Under the pieces are notes generated by a model that saw only the letters and a list, made by a program, of their open reading frames with translations, made no database searches and had not been told where the DNA came from. Positions 1-8,901 of a DNA stretch of 64,000 nt are shown piece by piece (positions within the stretch are counted from its first letter, which is position 1; each line of letters opens with the position of its first letter). The stretch spans positions 256,001 to 320,000 of the forward strand of contig JANNBC010000024.1 in assembly GCA_031385045.1 (NCBI GenBank). The letters are read 5' to 3'. The position numbers and the translations under genes were made by a program. The stretch comes from a bacterium. GTDB taxonomy: Bacteria > Bdellovibrionota_C > UBA2361 > CALJRW01.

Positions 1-210
1 TACCTTGCTGGATTTGCGCTGGCAGTAAAAATAGTAGGCGCTATTCACGGAGTCCTCTTTGTTAAACTGGCACTTCTGGGATTGCTTGTTATGTACCAGT
101 ATCAAAAAGATACCTTTTGGATAATCAAAGCTTTTGTAGCATCAATCCTTCCATTTGGTACTTTTTATATGGAGAAGACTTGGTGCAAAGAAGAGCTAGA
201 ACTAAATTAA
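1..210 (+). CDS. DUF3817-family small membrane protein, 5' end outside the window
   Basis: Frame 1 is open from base 1: YLAGFALAVKIVGAIHGVLF...ASILPFGTFYMEK...ELN*, TAA at 208-210. G-x-IHG-x-LF and PFGTF are typical DUF3817 motifs. Not in the ORF track. Confidence 0.7.
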   Translation, partial: YLAGFALAVKIVGAIHGVLFVKLALLGLLVMYQYQKDTFWIIKAFVASILPFGTFYMEKTWCKEELELN

Positions 211-214
211 TCGT

Positions 215-907
215 CTAGTGCTTAGAAGCTAAATAACAATTAACAATTTGAAAAGTATATGTTTGATGCTTTAAATTTTTAAATCCATTTTGATTTAAAA
301 TCGCTTGAAATTCTTTTCCCGCAGGAAACTGCTCGGCTGTCTCAGGTAGATACTCATAAGCAGCTCGATTACCTGTTAGTAATTTACCAAGAAGTGGCAT
401 CACAAATTTAGAATAAAATAGGTAAAATGGCGCAAACCAATTCCGTGGTTTTCCAAATTCCAAAATTAACAAATGACCATTAGGCTTTAATACTCGGTAA
501 GCTTCTTGCAAGCCCCGATTGAGATCGGCAAAATTCCTAACCCCATAGGCAATAGTTACAACATCAAAACTTTGATCAGCGAAGGAGAGATTTAAAGCAT
601 CGTCAACTTTTAATTGTAAATTAGGAAATTGATTGGCCGGGAAACGTTTTTCTGCCAGAGCTAACATTTCAGGGCAAAAATCCGCACCCACCACAGAGCC
701 ATACTTCTTAACTAAAATGGAAAGAAGCGCTCCAGTTCCTGTGCAAAGATCCAAACATCTAGCTAGGCGATTATCAGGAAGTAAGCTTAGTGCCCGCTTC
801 TCCCAATAACGATGACATCCAAAACTTAAGACATCATTACTTAAGTCATAGCGAGAAGCAATATCAGCAAACATTGATTTTACCAGTTGAGGATTCTTAT
901 CAGTCAT
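215..907 (-). CDS. ubiE: UbiE/MenG quinone biosynthesis C-methyltransferase
   Basis: MFADIASRYDLSNDVLSFG, LDLCTGTG SAM motif, YGVRNF, RVLKPNG-x-LLILEF, AYEYLPET. Confidence 0.93.
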   Translation of the reverse strand: MTDKNPQLVKSMFADIASRYDLSNDVLSFGCHRYWEKRALSLLPDNRLARCLDLCTGTGALLSILVKKYGSVVGADFCPEMLALAEKRFPANQFPNLQLKVDDALNLSFADQSFDVVTIAYGVRNFADLNRGLQEAYRVLKPNGHLLILEFGKPRNWFAPFYLFYSKFVMPLLGKLLTGNRAAYEYLPETAEQFPAGKEFQAILNQNGFKNLKHQTYTFQIVNCYLASKH

Positions 908-916
908 TGCTATGAT
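908..916 (+). promoter_or_regulatory. Extended -10 element (TGcTATGAT) 6 nt before the ATG at 923; leaderless-type promoter
   Basis: Sequence TGCTATGAT-gttttt-ATG. Confidence 0.4.
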
Positions 917-922
917 GTTTTT

Positions 923-1738
923 ATGAGCTTAAAACGCGGAAAAATTACTAGCTATCTTTTAAACAATAATTTGTTTTTTGTCGAAGTTATTGGCCTAACC
1001 TTGCCAATATTACTTTTTAGAACAAGAGCAGAAGAACTTATAGATCTTAAGCTAGTTAAAAACTTAGCTTTTACTTATATCTCACTAATTGCACTTCAGC
1101 TTCTAGTCCCAGCAATTTATAAAGCCTTTGAACCAAACTCCAAGTTTAAAAAGGAAAATATCTTAGCGAAAGTCTTCTACCTTAGTAAACTTATCTTATT
1201 ATTTACAACGCTCTTTGCTACTACTAAATTACTACATTACTACCTTAGCCCTCACAATTTCACTCTATTATTAACAGTCTTATTTCTAAAACTTTTAATT
1301 ATAAAATCAAAGTTAGATAACTTTTCTAATTTAAAAGTCTTTTTAGTCCGCTTTGCATATCTGATCATACTAAGCCTATTCGCTTTACTAACATACCTAG
1401 AGCTAATCTTACTACCAGCTAGCCTGATTGCCTTAAGTATTGGGTGCCTACTTACAGGAATATCATTAATTGAATTATATCAAAAACCAGTAACTCCCTC
1501 CAATCGAGCACTACGGATTCCTGGCCTGATGTATCTTACACATGCTGGACTGCAAGCAATTTATGTCATTTTACAGCTGACTTCACCTTGGCACTTTTTA
1601 CCTCTCTTTTTTGTTCCTGCTATTATTGAGATGACTCCTGCCCCGCAGAAGGAAATAACCTTTAAAGATCTACTAAAATATAGCAAAATTAATATTTTAC
1701 TCTTTGTCCTTTTTCTTGGAATTATGCTATTCCTATAA
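923..1738 (+). CDS. Polytopic membrane protein; possible degenerate UbiA/MenA-fold protein
   Basis: About 8-9 hydrophobic segments. The ATG at 923 is preferred over the TTG at 887, which overlaps ubiE. The C-terminal SPWHFLPLFFVP...LLKYSKINILLFVLFLGIMLFL resembles MenA, but the Asp-rich motifs are absent. Confidence 0.55.
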   Translation: MSLKRGKITSYLLNNNLFFVEVIGLTLPILLFRTRAEELIDLKLVKNLAFTYISLIALQLLVPAIYKAFEPNSKFKKENILAKVFYLSKLILLFTTLFATTKLLHYYLSPHNFTLLLTVLFLKLLIIKSKLDNFSNLKVFLVRFAYLIILSLFALLTYLELILLPASLIALSIGCLLTGISLIELYQKPVTPSNRALRIPGLMYLTHAGLQAIYVILQLTSPWHFLPLFFVPAIIEMTPAPQKEITFKDLLKYSKINILLFVLFLGIMLFL

Positions 1739-1858
1739 GACTAATTTTTGCCCAATAAAACAACTATACTCAGGTAAATCAGGGGCAAAGTGCTTTTGAA
1801 GGAGATTTAGCATTTAGCTACGAAGGCAAGAAAGATTCTAATTTACTCTAAAGAACTT

Positions 1859-3394
1859 ATGACTAAAAAACTAGAAATTTCAGATAAACTTGATAAGGTT
1901 GTATCCCTTTGTAAACGTCGCGGTTTTATTTTCCAAAGTAGTGAAATTTATGGCGGGCTTAAATCAGCTTACGATTACGGACCGCTTGGTGTAGAGCTAA
2001 AAAGAAATATTGCTAGCGAGTGGTGGCGGTCAATGGTTCATGAGCGTGAAGATATTGTTGGTATCGACGCTTCAATTATGATGCATCCTAAAGTGTGGCA
2101 AGCAAGTGGTCATGCTGCAGGGTTTAGCGATCCCTTGGTTGACTGTCTAAACTGCAAAGAAAGATTTCGTGCAGACAAAGCTCCACAAATTGATCCAGGA
2201 ATGCTAGTTGAATTTAAGCTTGGAGGAAAAGACAAAGGAGAAACTAAAAAAGCTGCCGTCGGTTCACAGGGCTATGTTTGCCCACTGTGTAACTGCCCAG
2301 AACTTTCGGCGGAGCGAGACTTTAACTTAATGTTCTCTACTTCGATTGGACCAGTTAGCCCTTTAGATCAATTTATTAATCAAATTGAGAATAAATCATT
2401 AAACCGGCAGGAGCTAAAAGAATTACTGGAAGAGTCAGTTAGCAGAACTAGAACCTACCTACGACCAGAAACTGCTCAGGCTATGTTTGTCCAATTTCTT
2501 AATGTTCAACAAACTCAAGCAATGAAAATTCCTTTTGGAATTGCACAACAAGGTAAATCTTTTCGTAATGAAATTACTACTGAAAAATATATCTTCCGCA
2601 CTTGCGAGTTTGAGCAAATGGAAATGGAGTACTTCATTGAACCTGGAACTCATCAGGAATCAATTGCTTATTGGAAAGAAGAACGACTTAACTGGTGGAA
2701 AAAATTTGCTAACTTCCCAGAGGATTTTGCTCTTCGCCAGCATGACGCCGACGAACTAGCTCATTACTCTTCAGATTGCTATGACGTTGAATACAATTAC
2801 CCTTGGGGCTTTGACGAGTTAGAAGGTGTTGCCTCTAGAACCGACTATGACTTGAAAAAACATACCGAATATTCGGGAGTCAAGCTTACTTACTTTGATC
2901 AAAATAAAAATGATCCGGAAACTGGAAAAGCTGGTTGGCGCTATGTTCCTTATGTTATTGAACCAGCTGCTGGCTTAACCAGAGGTGTATTATGTTACTT
3001 ACTAGATGCTTACACCGAAGAGAGTGGCACTGATGCTGAAGGTCAAGATAAGCAAAGAGTAGTATTAAAACTACATCCCCGCTTTGCGCCAATTAAAGTT
3101 GCCGTCTTACCATTAGTTAAAAAAGATGGCTTACCAGAATTAGCTAGAGAGATCGTCAATACTTTTTTCAATGCTGGAATTAATGCCAAATATGATGAGC
3201 AACATTCAATCGGCAAGCGCTATGCTAAGCATGACGAAGTCGGTACTCCCTACTGTATTACAGTGGATCATCAAAGCTTAGAGGATCAAACAGTTACAAT
3301 TAGAGATCGCGATACAACTAAACAAGAAAGAGTTCCAGTAGCCGAAGCATTAAAAACAGTGACCGAAAGATTAGTATTTTTTCACAAGTCTTAA
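1859..3394 (+). CDS. glyQS: Glycine--tRNA ligase (alpha2 type)
   Basis: KRRGFIFQSSEIYGG, YDYGPLG, YLRPETAQ, GKSFRNEIT, EFEQMEME, ELEG, VIEPAAG; C-terminal anticodon domain with DEVGTPYCITVD. Confidence 0.97.
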   Translation: MTKKLEISDKLDKVVSLCKRRGFIFQSSEIYGGLKSAYDYGPLGVELKRNIASEWWRSMVHEREDIVGIDASIMMHPKVWQASGHAAGFSDPLVDCLNCKERFRADKAPQIDPGMLVEFKLGGKDKGETKKAAVGSQGYVCPLCNCPELSAERDFNLMFSTSIGPVSPLDQFINQIENKSLNRQELKELLEESVSRTRTYLRPETAQAMFVQFLNVQQTQAMKIPFGIAQQGKSFRNEITTEKYIFRTCEFEQMEMEYFIEPGTHQESIAYWKEERLNWWKKFANFPEDFALRQHDADELAHYSSDCYDVEYNYPWGFDELEGVASRTDYDLKKHTEYSGVKLTYFDQNKNDPETGKAGWRYVPYVIEPAAGLTRGVLCYLLDAYTEESGTDAEGQDKQRVVLKLHPRFAPIKVAVLPLVKKDGLPELAREIVNTFFNAGINAKYDEQHSIGKRYAKHDEVGTPYCITVDHQSLEDQTVTIRDRDTTKQERVPVAEALKTVTERLVFFHKS

Positions 3395-3437
3395 CTGTAA
3401 TTAATAACTGTCTCTGTAAATTTACAATAAAAATAAT

Positions 3438-4295
3438 ATGACATTAATTAGGTTCGCAGTTCAAAAATCGGGACGACTTAGAGATAACTCACTAGATATT
3501 ATTAAACGCCTAGGTGTAAAAATTCCTCACAATAAGGAAATGCTTCGTTTAGAAAGTCCAAATTTTCCAATTGAATTCCTCTTCCTACGTGATGATGATA
3601 TCCCAGGTTACGTGGAGCAAGGTGTCGCTGACATTGGAATCGTGGGAGAGAATGTCTTAAAAGAAACAGGAGCCAAGGTGAAGATTGCTCGTCGCCTTGA
3701 CTTTTCTCATTGCCGCTTAAGTATTGCTGTCGCCCAAGCTAATCCGGCAAAATCATTAAAGGACCTTGAAGGCAAAGCAATTGCTACAAGCTACCCAAAT
3801 ATTCTTCGGAAATATGCCAAAAAACAAGAGGTCAATTTAGATATTCGCTTTATTAGTGGCTCTGTAGAAGTTGCTCCTGGGATTAAACTGGCTGATGGTA
3901 TTTTTGATATTGTTAGTACGGGAAGTACTTTAATTCAAAATGGTTTAAAAGAAATTGAAGTCGTCATGCAATCACAGGCAGTATTAGCAGCCAGTCCTAA
4001 TCTTAATCCTGAGAAGCAACAAATCTTAAATAATTTACTGTTTCGCTTAGATGCGATCCTTAAAGCTGGTGATTATAAATACATCGTAATGAATGTACCA
4101 AAGAAAGTCTTACCAGATGTTCAGAAACTCTTACCAGGATTAAAACACCCAACCATCACTCAGCTCTATGATCCAGAATGGTATTCTGTTTCAACTGTTG
4201 TAAAAGAATCTGATTTCTGGACTAGCTTAGAGAAATTAAAAGGTGCTGGAGCGCAAGATATCTTAGTAATGCCAATTGAAAAATTAGTAATCTAA
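3438..4295 (+). CDS. hisG: ATP phosphoribosyltransferase (long form)
   Basis: AVQKSGRL, RDDDIP, GVADIGIVGEN, IATSYP, GSVEVAP, DIVSTGSTL; C-terminal regulatory domain. Confidence 0.96.
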   Translation: MTLIRFAVQKSGRLRDNSLDIIKRLGVKIPHNKEMLRLESPNFPIEFLFLRDDDIPGYVEQGVADIGIVGENVLKETGAKVKIARRLDFSHCRLSIAVAQANPAKSLKDLEGKAIATSYPNILRKYAKKQEVNLDIRFISGSVEVAPGIKLADGIFDIVSTGSTLIQNGLKEIEVVMQSQAVLAASPNLNPEKQQILNNLLFRLDAILKAGDYKYIVMNVPKKVLPDVQKLLPGLKHPTITQLYDPEWYSVSTVVKESDFWTSLEKLKGAGAQDILVMPIEKLVI

Positions 4296-4326
4296 TTCAT
4301 AAGTAAATAACCTCTGTAGTGAAACT

Positions 4327-5631
4327 ATGTCTCGCAATCTAACCTTAATTTACAAAGAAGTTTTTTTCTTTGCCTTAATGGTTGGTGCCGGGGAGTCATA
4401 TTTAGGAGCCTATGCCTTATTCCTTGGGGCATCACCGCTACTAGTTGGAATGGTTGGCGCGGCCCCTTTTGTCTTTGCCTCAGTGGGTCAATTCCTAGCA
4501 TTCTATTTAAATCAGTTTTGCAAAATTAGATCGATTCTACTCAGCACAATCAGCTTAGAAATCCTTAGCTTTCTTTGTTTAACGATCCCACTTTTTATTC
4601 CGGACTATGCAATTCCAACTTTTATAACTAGCACAGCTTTCTATTTTATTATTAGAAATGTAACTTCGCCAACACAAAACCTCTTTTTCAAAAGTGCTAT
4701 CCCGGCAGAGATTCGAGGAACATTCTCTGGGAAACGGCAAAAAGGAAGTTTTTTAGTAATTCTATTATCACTGCTAGTATTTGGGGGTATCTTAGAACTT
4801 GCCAAAAACTATCATCACGAGTTCTATGCCTATCTGACTTTCTGCTTAGTTGCAGCTGTTGCGCGTTTAAAAAGCCTTTTCCTTTTTCGACAAATGGATA
4901 TTGCCGATCTCAACAACGAGCGACCTAGCAGTTTTACATTCCTAGATTTTATTCGAGAAATAACTCACAACAACTTTGGTAGATTTGTTTTACTAACAAC
5001 AATGATGGGATTTGCTTCCAATTTTATTGGAGGCTACTTAGCAGTTTATTTCTTAAAAGAATTACACCTAAGTTATTTAATTTTTGCCCTTTTAATAAGC
5101 CTCTCCTGGTTGACTCAATATTTATCAGTTACATTTTGGGGACAACTTACAGATAAGATTGGCTCCAGGGCCATTGTGATTGTCACTGCTTATGGATTAA
5201 CTGCAATCCCCCTACTCTGGCTTGCTGGCACTAATTTAGCTTGGATGTGCTTCGTACAAATTTTCTCTGGACTGGTATGGTCTGGATATAACTTAGCAAC
5301 TTCAGACTACACATTTGACGCCGTCCAAGGTAAAAATTATGTTAAGTGCCAAGCTTACCAAGCAACAATTAATTCAATCGGAGTAATCTTAGCCGTACTT
5401 ATTTCAGGAATATTTCAAAACTATGCTTATGCTGGAGACATAATCCAAAATCCATTTATCACTGTTTTTGCTGTATCCTTTGCCTTACGAGTCCTTACTG
5501 TATTAATCCTTACTAAGCGAATTAACGAAGTTAAAAAGTTTCCCGAGAATCATAATCTAAATATTAACTTTAATTTTGCAGGCATTAATATTGTTGCTCG
5601 CGCTAATTTAAACTTCTTTCGCAAAGACTAG
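4327..5631 (+). CDS. MFS transporter
   Basis: About 12 TM segments; WGQLTDKIGSR motif A; MVGAGESYLGAYALFLG. Confidence 0.85.
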   Translation: MSRNLTLIYKEVFFFALMVGAGESYLGAYALFLGASPLLVGMVGAAPFVFASVGQFLAFYLNQFCKIRSILLSTISLEILSFLCLTIPLFIPDYAIPTFITSTAFYFIIRNVTSPTQNLFFKSAIPAEIRGTFSGKRQKGSFLVILLSLLVFGGILELAKNYHHEFYAYLTFCLVAAVARLKSLFLFRQMDIADLNNERPSSFTFLDFIREITHNNFGRFVLLTTMMGFASNFIGGYLAVYFLKELHLSYLIFALLISLSWLTQYLSVTFWGQLTDKIGSRAIVIVTAYGLTAIPLLWLAGTNLAWMCFVQIFSGLVWSGYNLATSDYTFDAVQGKNYVKCQAYQATINSIGVILAVLISGIFQNYAYAGDIIQNPFITVFAVSFALRVLTVLILTKRINEVKKFPENHNLNINFNFAGINIVARANLNFFRKD

Positions 5632-5640
5632 ACTTCCAGA

Positions 5641-6672
5641 TTACTCCTGAAAAGACCTAGCATATTTTAAGATCCGATTAATTTCCTTAATCTTTATCTT
5701 AAGCTTACGCTTTTGTTTGGCATTAGTTAGAACTAAAACTCTATTTACGAGTTTAGTTTTCTGTTTTTTAAGCTTGATCAGCTCTTCCGTATCCCAAGAC
5801 TCTAATCCACAAGCGGATAAAGATGAATTACAATCATAACGCTCACAACCATTAGGAATTTTAATAATTCTAAACTCGGCCAATGATGTCACAGCAATTA
5901 GCACATCTTCCCCGTAGCTACATCCAGATTGTGCACCACGCGACGTTGTACAACGACCATTACTAGGTCCCACATCAGTCAATGTTTCTCCATTAACAAC
6001 CAATGAAGTTGTTGGATTTGTTAAAACCACCAATCTTCCATTGCTATCAGAAACTGGCTTCCATAAGAAGCGTGATAGATCACTATAAGGACTAGCAAGG
6101 CAAACTCCTGGATCTTCTTCTACTTCTTCCTCAATTGGTTCTTCCTCAATTGGATCATCAAGCCCTAAGCTTGCGCCACAAATACTAAATAAAGTTTCAA
6201 TTGAATCAATAAATTCTGCTGTTAACTTACTTTCTGTTAGTAACTTAATTTCTGGCGTCTCCGGGCCAGAACTAAAACTAATAATTGCCTTAGCCGTTAA
6301 AGCTAAATTAACTAAATCCCTAACTTTAGTTGGCCGAATATCTGGGCAGGCTGTTTTGATATATCCTTCAGCAATAGATTCTGGAAGACCACCATAACAA
6401 AATCCCGCAATTGCCATTATCGGATTAAAAGAGTCACTTGTTACATTACCAAGTTTAGCGCTAAGCTCATTATAAGTAAGCAATAACCCTTCAATCTGCA
6501 CACGATTATCTCGCTGATGAAGGGCCACTTGAATCGCCTCTCGATTATCTGCAACCATCAGGATATCTGAAAAATTTGATTGTGGAATTGATTTGCAAAA
6601 ATTCGTAATATCTTGAGCAAATGCTGGAGTTGAAGCTAGTAAAACTAAGAGTAAACCTGTTAGAAATTTCAT
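5641..6672 (-). CDS. Secreted Cys-rich two-domain hypothetical protein
   Basis: Signal peptide MKFLTGLLLVLLASTPAFA; 10 Cys; acidic linker DDPIEEEPIEEEVEED; FLWKPVSDSNGRLVVL segment; Lys-rich C-terminal helix. Confidence 0.75.
   Translation of the reverse strand: MKFLTGLLLVLLASTPAFAQDITNFCKSIPQSNFSDILMVADNREAIQVALHQRDNRVQIEGLLLTYNELSAKLGNVTSDSFNPIMAIAGFCYGGLPESIAEGYIKTACPDIRPTKVRDLVNLALTAKAIISFSSGPETPEIKLLTESKLTAEFIDSIETLFSICGASLGLDDPIEEEPIEEEVEEDPGVCLASPYSDLSRFLWKPVSDSNGRLVVLTNPTTSLVVNGETLTDVGPSNGRCTTSRGAQSGCSYGEDVLIAVTSLAEFRIIKIPNGCERYDCNSSLSACGLESWDTEELIKLKKQKTKLVNRVLVLTNAKQKRKLKIKIKEINRILKYARSFQE
6124..6153. repeat. 15-bp tandem duplication encoding PIEEE x2
   Basis: TTCTTCCTCAATTGG repeated twice back to back. 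Confidence 0.85.
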
Positions 6673-6767
6673 ATGCAAATTAGTAGTAAAATAACCTTAG
6701 CTACTAATCAGCTCAGAACTTGTTTTTGCTTCTTAAAAAACCAAATAATATCTAGTTATTTTAAGTT

Positions 6768-7364
6768 CTAACTATCTGATTTTACTATTAATTCACCAGA
6801 GGAGTTAAAATACTTTTGAAAATTCGTCACACCCTCAATTAAATATTGCCCATCTTTAGTTCCAATAATCCAGGCAGGAGACTTACTCACCTGATACTCA
6901 GCTGGAGGCTCAGCAGAAAAAAATAATCCACCGCCCCGACCATCAACAAGTGCCGTCACTTTGTTCATTGCTGGGGAACTAAAATCCTTGCCCACCGCAT
7001 ATATTGGGCCTAAGTCATAATCATGCTCAATGGCAAATTCTAGAAAACTATTTATTTCAGTGAAAAAATGATCTTGATCATTGGCATTAATAATCATACC
7101 TAACCAACTAACCTGATAGCGACCTCCTGGTGGTGGAGTTATCGTTGGTGTTTGCGGACTAGCCTGACCTTCGGCCGTGCTTGGCACTTCTTGTTGATTA
7201 GGATTCGGTGCTACTATTGGATTAGTTTCCTGCTCTACTTTACGAGGATTAAATACATTCATATCATAATCTTTACCAAAGAACCCCTCTTCTTCAGCAA
7301 AAACTACAGAACTAGCGCCTAGAACAAGCAAAAGTAGCGCTAATTTAATAGAAAATAGTTTCAT
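6768..7364 (-). CDS. Exported protein, remote TrbC (F-type pilus assembly)-like
   Basis: Likely start is the ATG at 7364, giving signal peptide MKLFSIKLALLLLVLGASSVVFA. Pro/Gln-rich linker. C-terminal LVDGRGGG...EYQVSKSPAWII...GQYLIEG resembles the TrbC Y-x-I-x-x-VPA-hhh...I-x-G motif. Confidence 0.5.
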   Translation of the reverse strand: MKLFSIKLALLLLVLGASSVVFAEEEGFFGKDYDMNVFNPRKVEQETNPIVAPNPNQQEVPSTAEGQASPQTPTITPPPGGRYQVSWLGMIINANDQDHFFTEINSFLEFAIEHDYDLGPIYAVGKDFSSPAMNKVTALVDGRGGGLFFSAEPPAEYQVSKSPAWIIGTKDGQYLIEGVTNFQKYFNSSGELIVKSDS

Positions 7365-8901
7365 TATTAACTGGTAAATAACAAACAGGGCAAGCTTGAA
7401 CAAAGCGATAGTGAGCAGAAACAAAACGCTCTCCATCAACATTCACATTAGCATCTTTGTATTGATCGCCGGTAATCTTCGGAAGATAATATTCACCTTC
7501 ATTGATACATCCCTTATTACTACCACGAGCGACGTTACGACTACGGTCAAAAGGCTTATTACGATTTAAATCTAAAAACTGTAAGCGATCACGTTTATGT
7601 TCTCCTTGATCTTGAAATTGAACATCATGAAACTTACCTATTTTCTCCCCCTGCTTTGGGTTCAACATACCAAGCTTCTCTCCCAAAAGATAGGCTAATT
7701 TAATTGAGACATAGTCACGCTTTGTTGCTGCTTGTGTTGAATATAAAGTTTCTTTGTCAAAATTAAAGGGCACAGAAAATAACCTTCCATAAAAAGCAAT
7801 ATTACCTGGGGCACATTTATATGTTCCACCAGCACTATTACTGCCACCTTGAGAAATCAACGGATTTAATTTATCTTTAAAAATAGTATCGAGACTTCCC
7901 AGATCTTGTTTCTGCTGACGACAATTATCCATTTGATCCTCTGCTTGTAGCACCTTCTGTAAATCAGAATCAGCATAAGCATACTCTGCAAATCTCATTG
8001 TTAAGAGCGCCTCAGGGAATTCACTAAACCAAATTGGAACAGCATTCTTCACAGGCACCCAAGAGTTAACTGCTCCTTGATGAGTCCATATGTCTTCAAA
8101 GTAATCTTCTCGATTGGTTTTATTGCGATCAAATCCAGTTGGATAGACGTGCATTTCCATAAAGCGACCATTATTAGAAATTCGGTGTCGGAGTGTTGCA
8201 TCATCCATGGAGACCTCCTTACCATCAATCTTAACTTTAAGTTTCTTAAATTCTTTTATGGAATCAATAACACCTTTGTCACGAACTATTTCTTTTTGTA
8301 AAGTGTCTTTAATCTTCTGAACATCTTGATCTTCCATTTTAAAATCTTTATCGAATCCAAACTTGTTACCGACTGCCTTCAAACGATCGATCTCACCTTT
8401 TGCTGGTTCGGTTGAGCCTCCCTGCGCCTTAACCAACATTCCTAAATGTGAAAATTGTTCCGCTTTGGCTTTCAGATTTTTGACAATTTCCGCAGTCATA
8501 TATTCAGTGTCATAGGGAGTCTGAGTTGTTTCTGTTAATTGAAAAGGAACATAATAACTATAAAGCGGAATAGAATCGTCTAGTAAGCCCGCATAGGTAT
8601 CATAATCACGGCAGAGGTAAAAATTATATCCAAGGTTAACTTGCAGATTACGTGCTAATTTACAACCTCCTCCAGTAACTCTTTTTCTACCTAAACAACT
8701 GTTTGGATCATCAGTGTAATTTTCCAACATTCGATTTGCGGCGGCTGTAAAGGATGCTTCCACTTCAGAATTACCAACCTTACTAATTAATCGATCCGTT
8801 TTACTGAGTGGTGTGCCGGGAGTAATTTCAACCTTTCCCGTCTCTGCCTGAAGCATAAAAGGAATAAAAAGCGCTATAACTAATAATCTAAAAACCTTCA
8901 T
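7345..8901 (-). CDS. Exported protein, remote TraU-like
   Basis: Signal peptide; 8 Cys. Collinear TraU-like motifs: YYVPFQLTETTQTP, GRFMEMHVY, WFSEFP, CAPG, DRLQF, terminal RFVSAHYRFVQAC. Confidence 0.6.
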   Translation of the reverse strand: MKVFRLLVIALFIPFMLQAETGKVEITPGTPLSKTDRLISKVGNSEVEASFTAAANRMLENYTDDPNSCLGRKRVTGGGCKLARNLQVNLGYNFYLCRDYDTYAGLLDDSIPLYSYYVPFQLTETTQTPYDTEYMTAEIVKNLKAKAEQFSHLGMLVKAQGGSTEPAKGEIDRLKAVGNKFGFDKDFKMEDQDVQKIKDTLQKEIVRDKGVIDSIKEFKKLKVKIDGKEVSMDDATLRHRISNNGRFMEMHVYPTGFDRNKTNREDYFEDIWTHQGAVNSWVPVKNAVPIWFSEFPEALLTMRFAEYAYADSDLQKVLQAEDQMDNCRQQKQDLGSLDTIFKDKLNPLISQGGSNSAGGTYKCAPGNIAFYGRLFSVPFNFDKETLYSTQAATKRDYVSIKLAYLLGEKLGMLNPKQGEKIGKFHDVQFQDQGEHKRDRLQFLDLNRNKPFDRSRNVARGSNKGCINEGEYYLPKITGDQYKDANVNVDGERFVSAHYRFVQACPVCYLPVNNETIFY

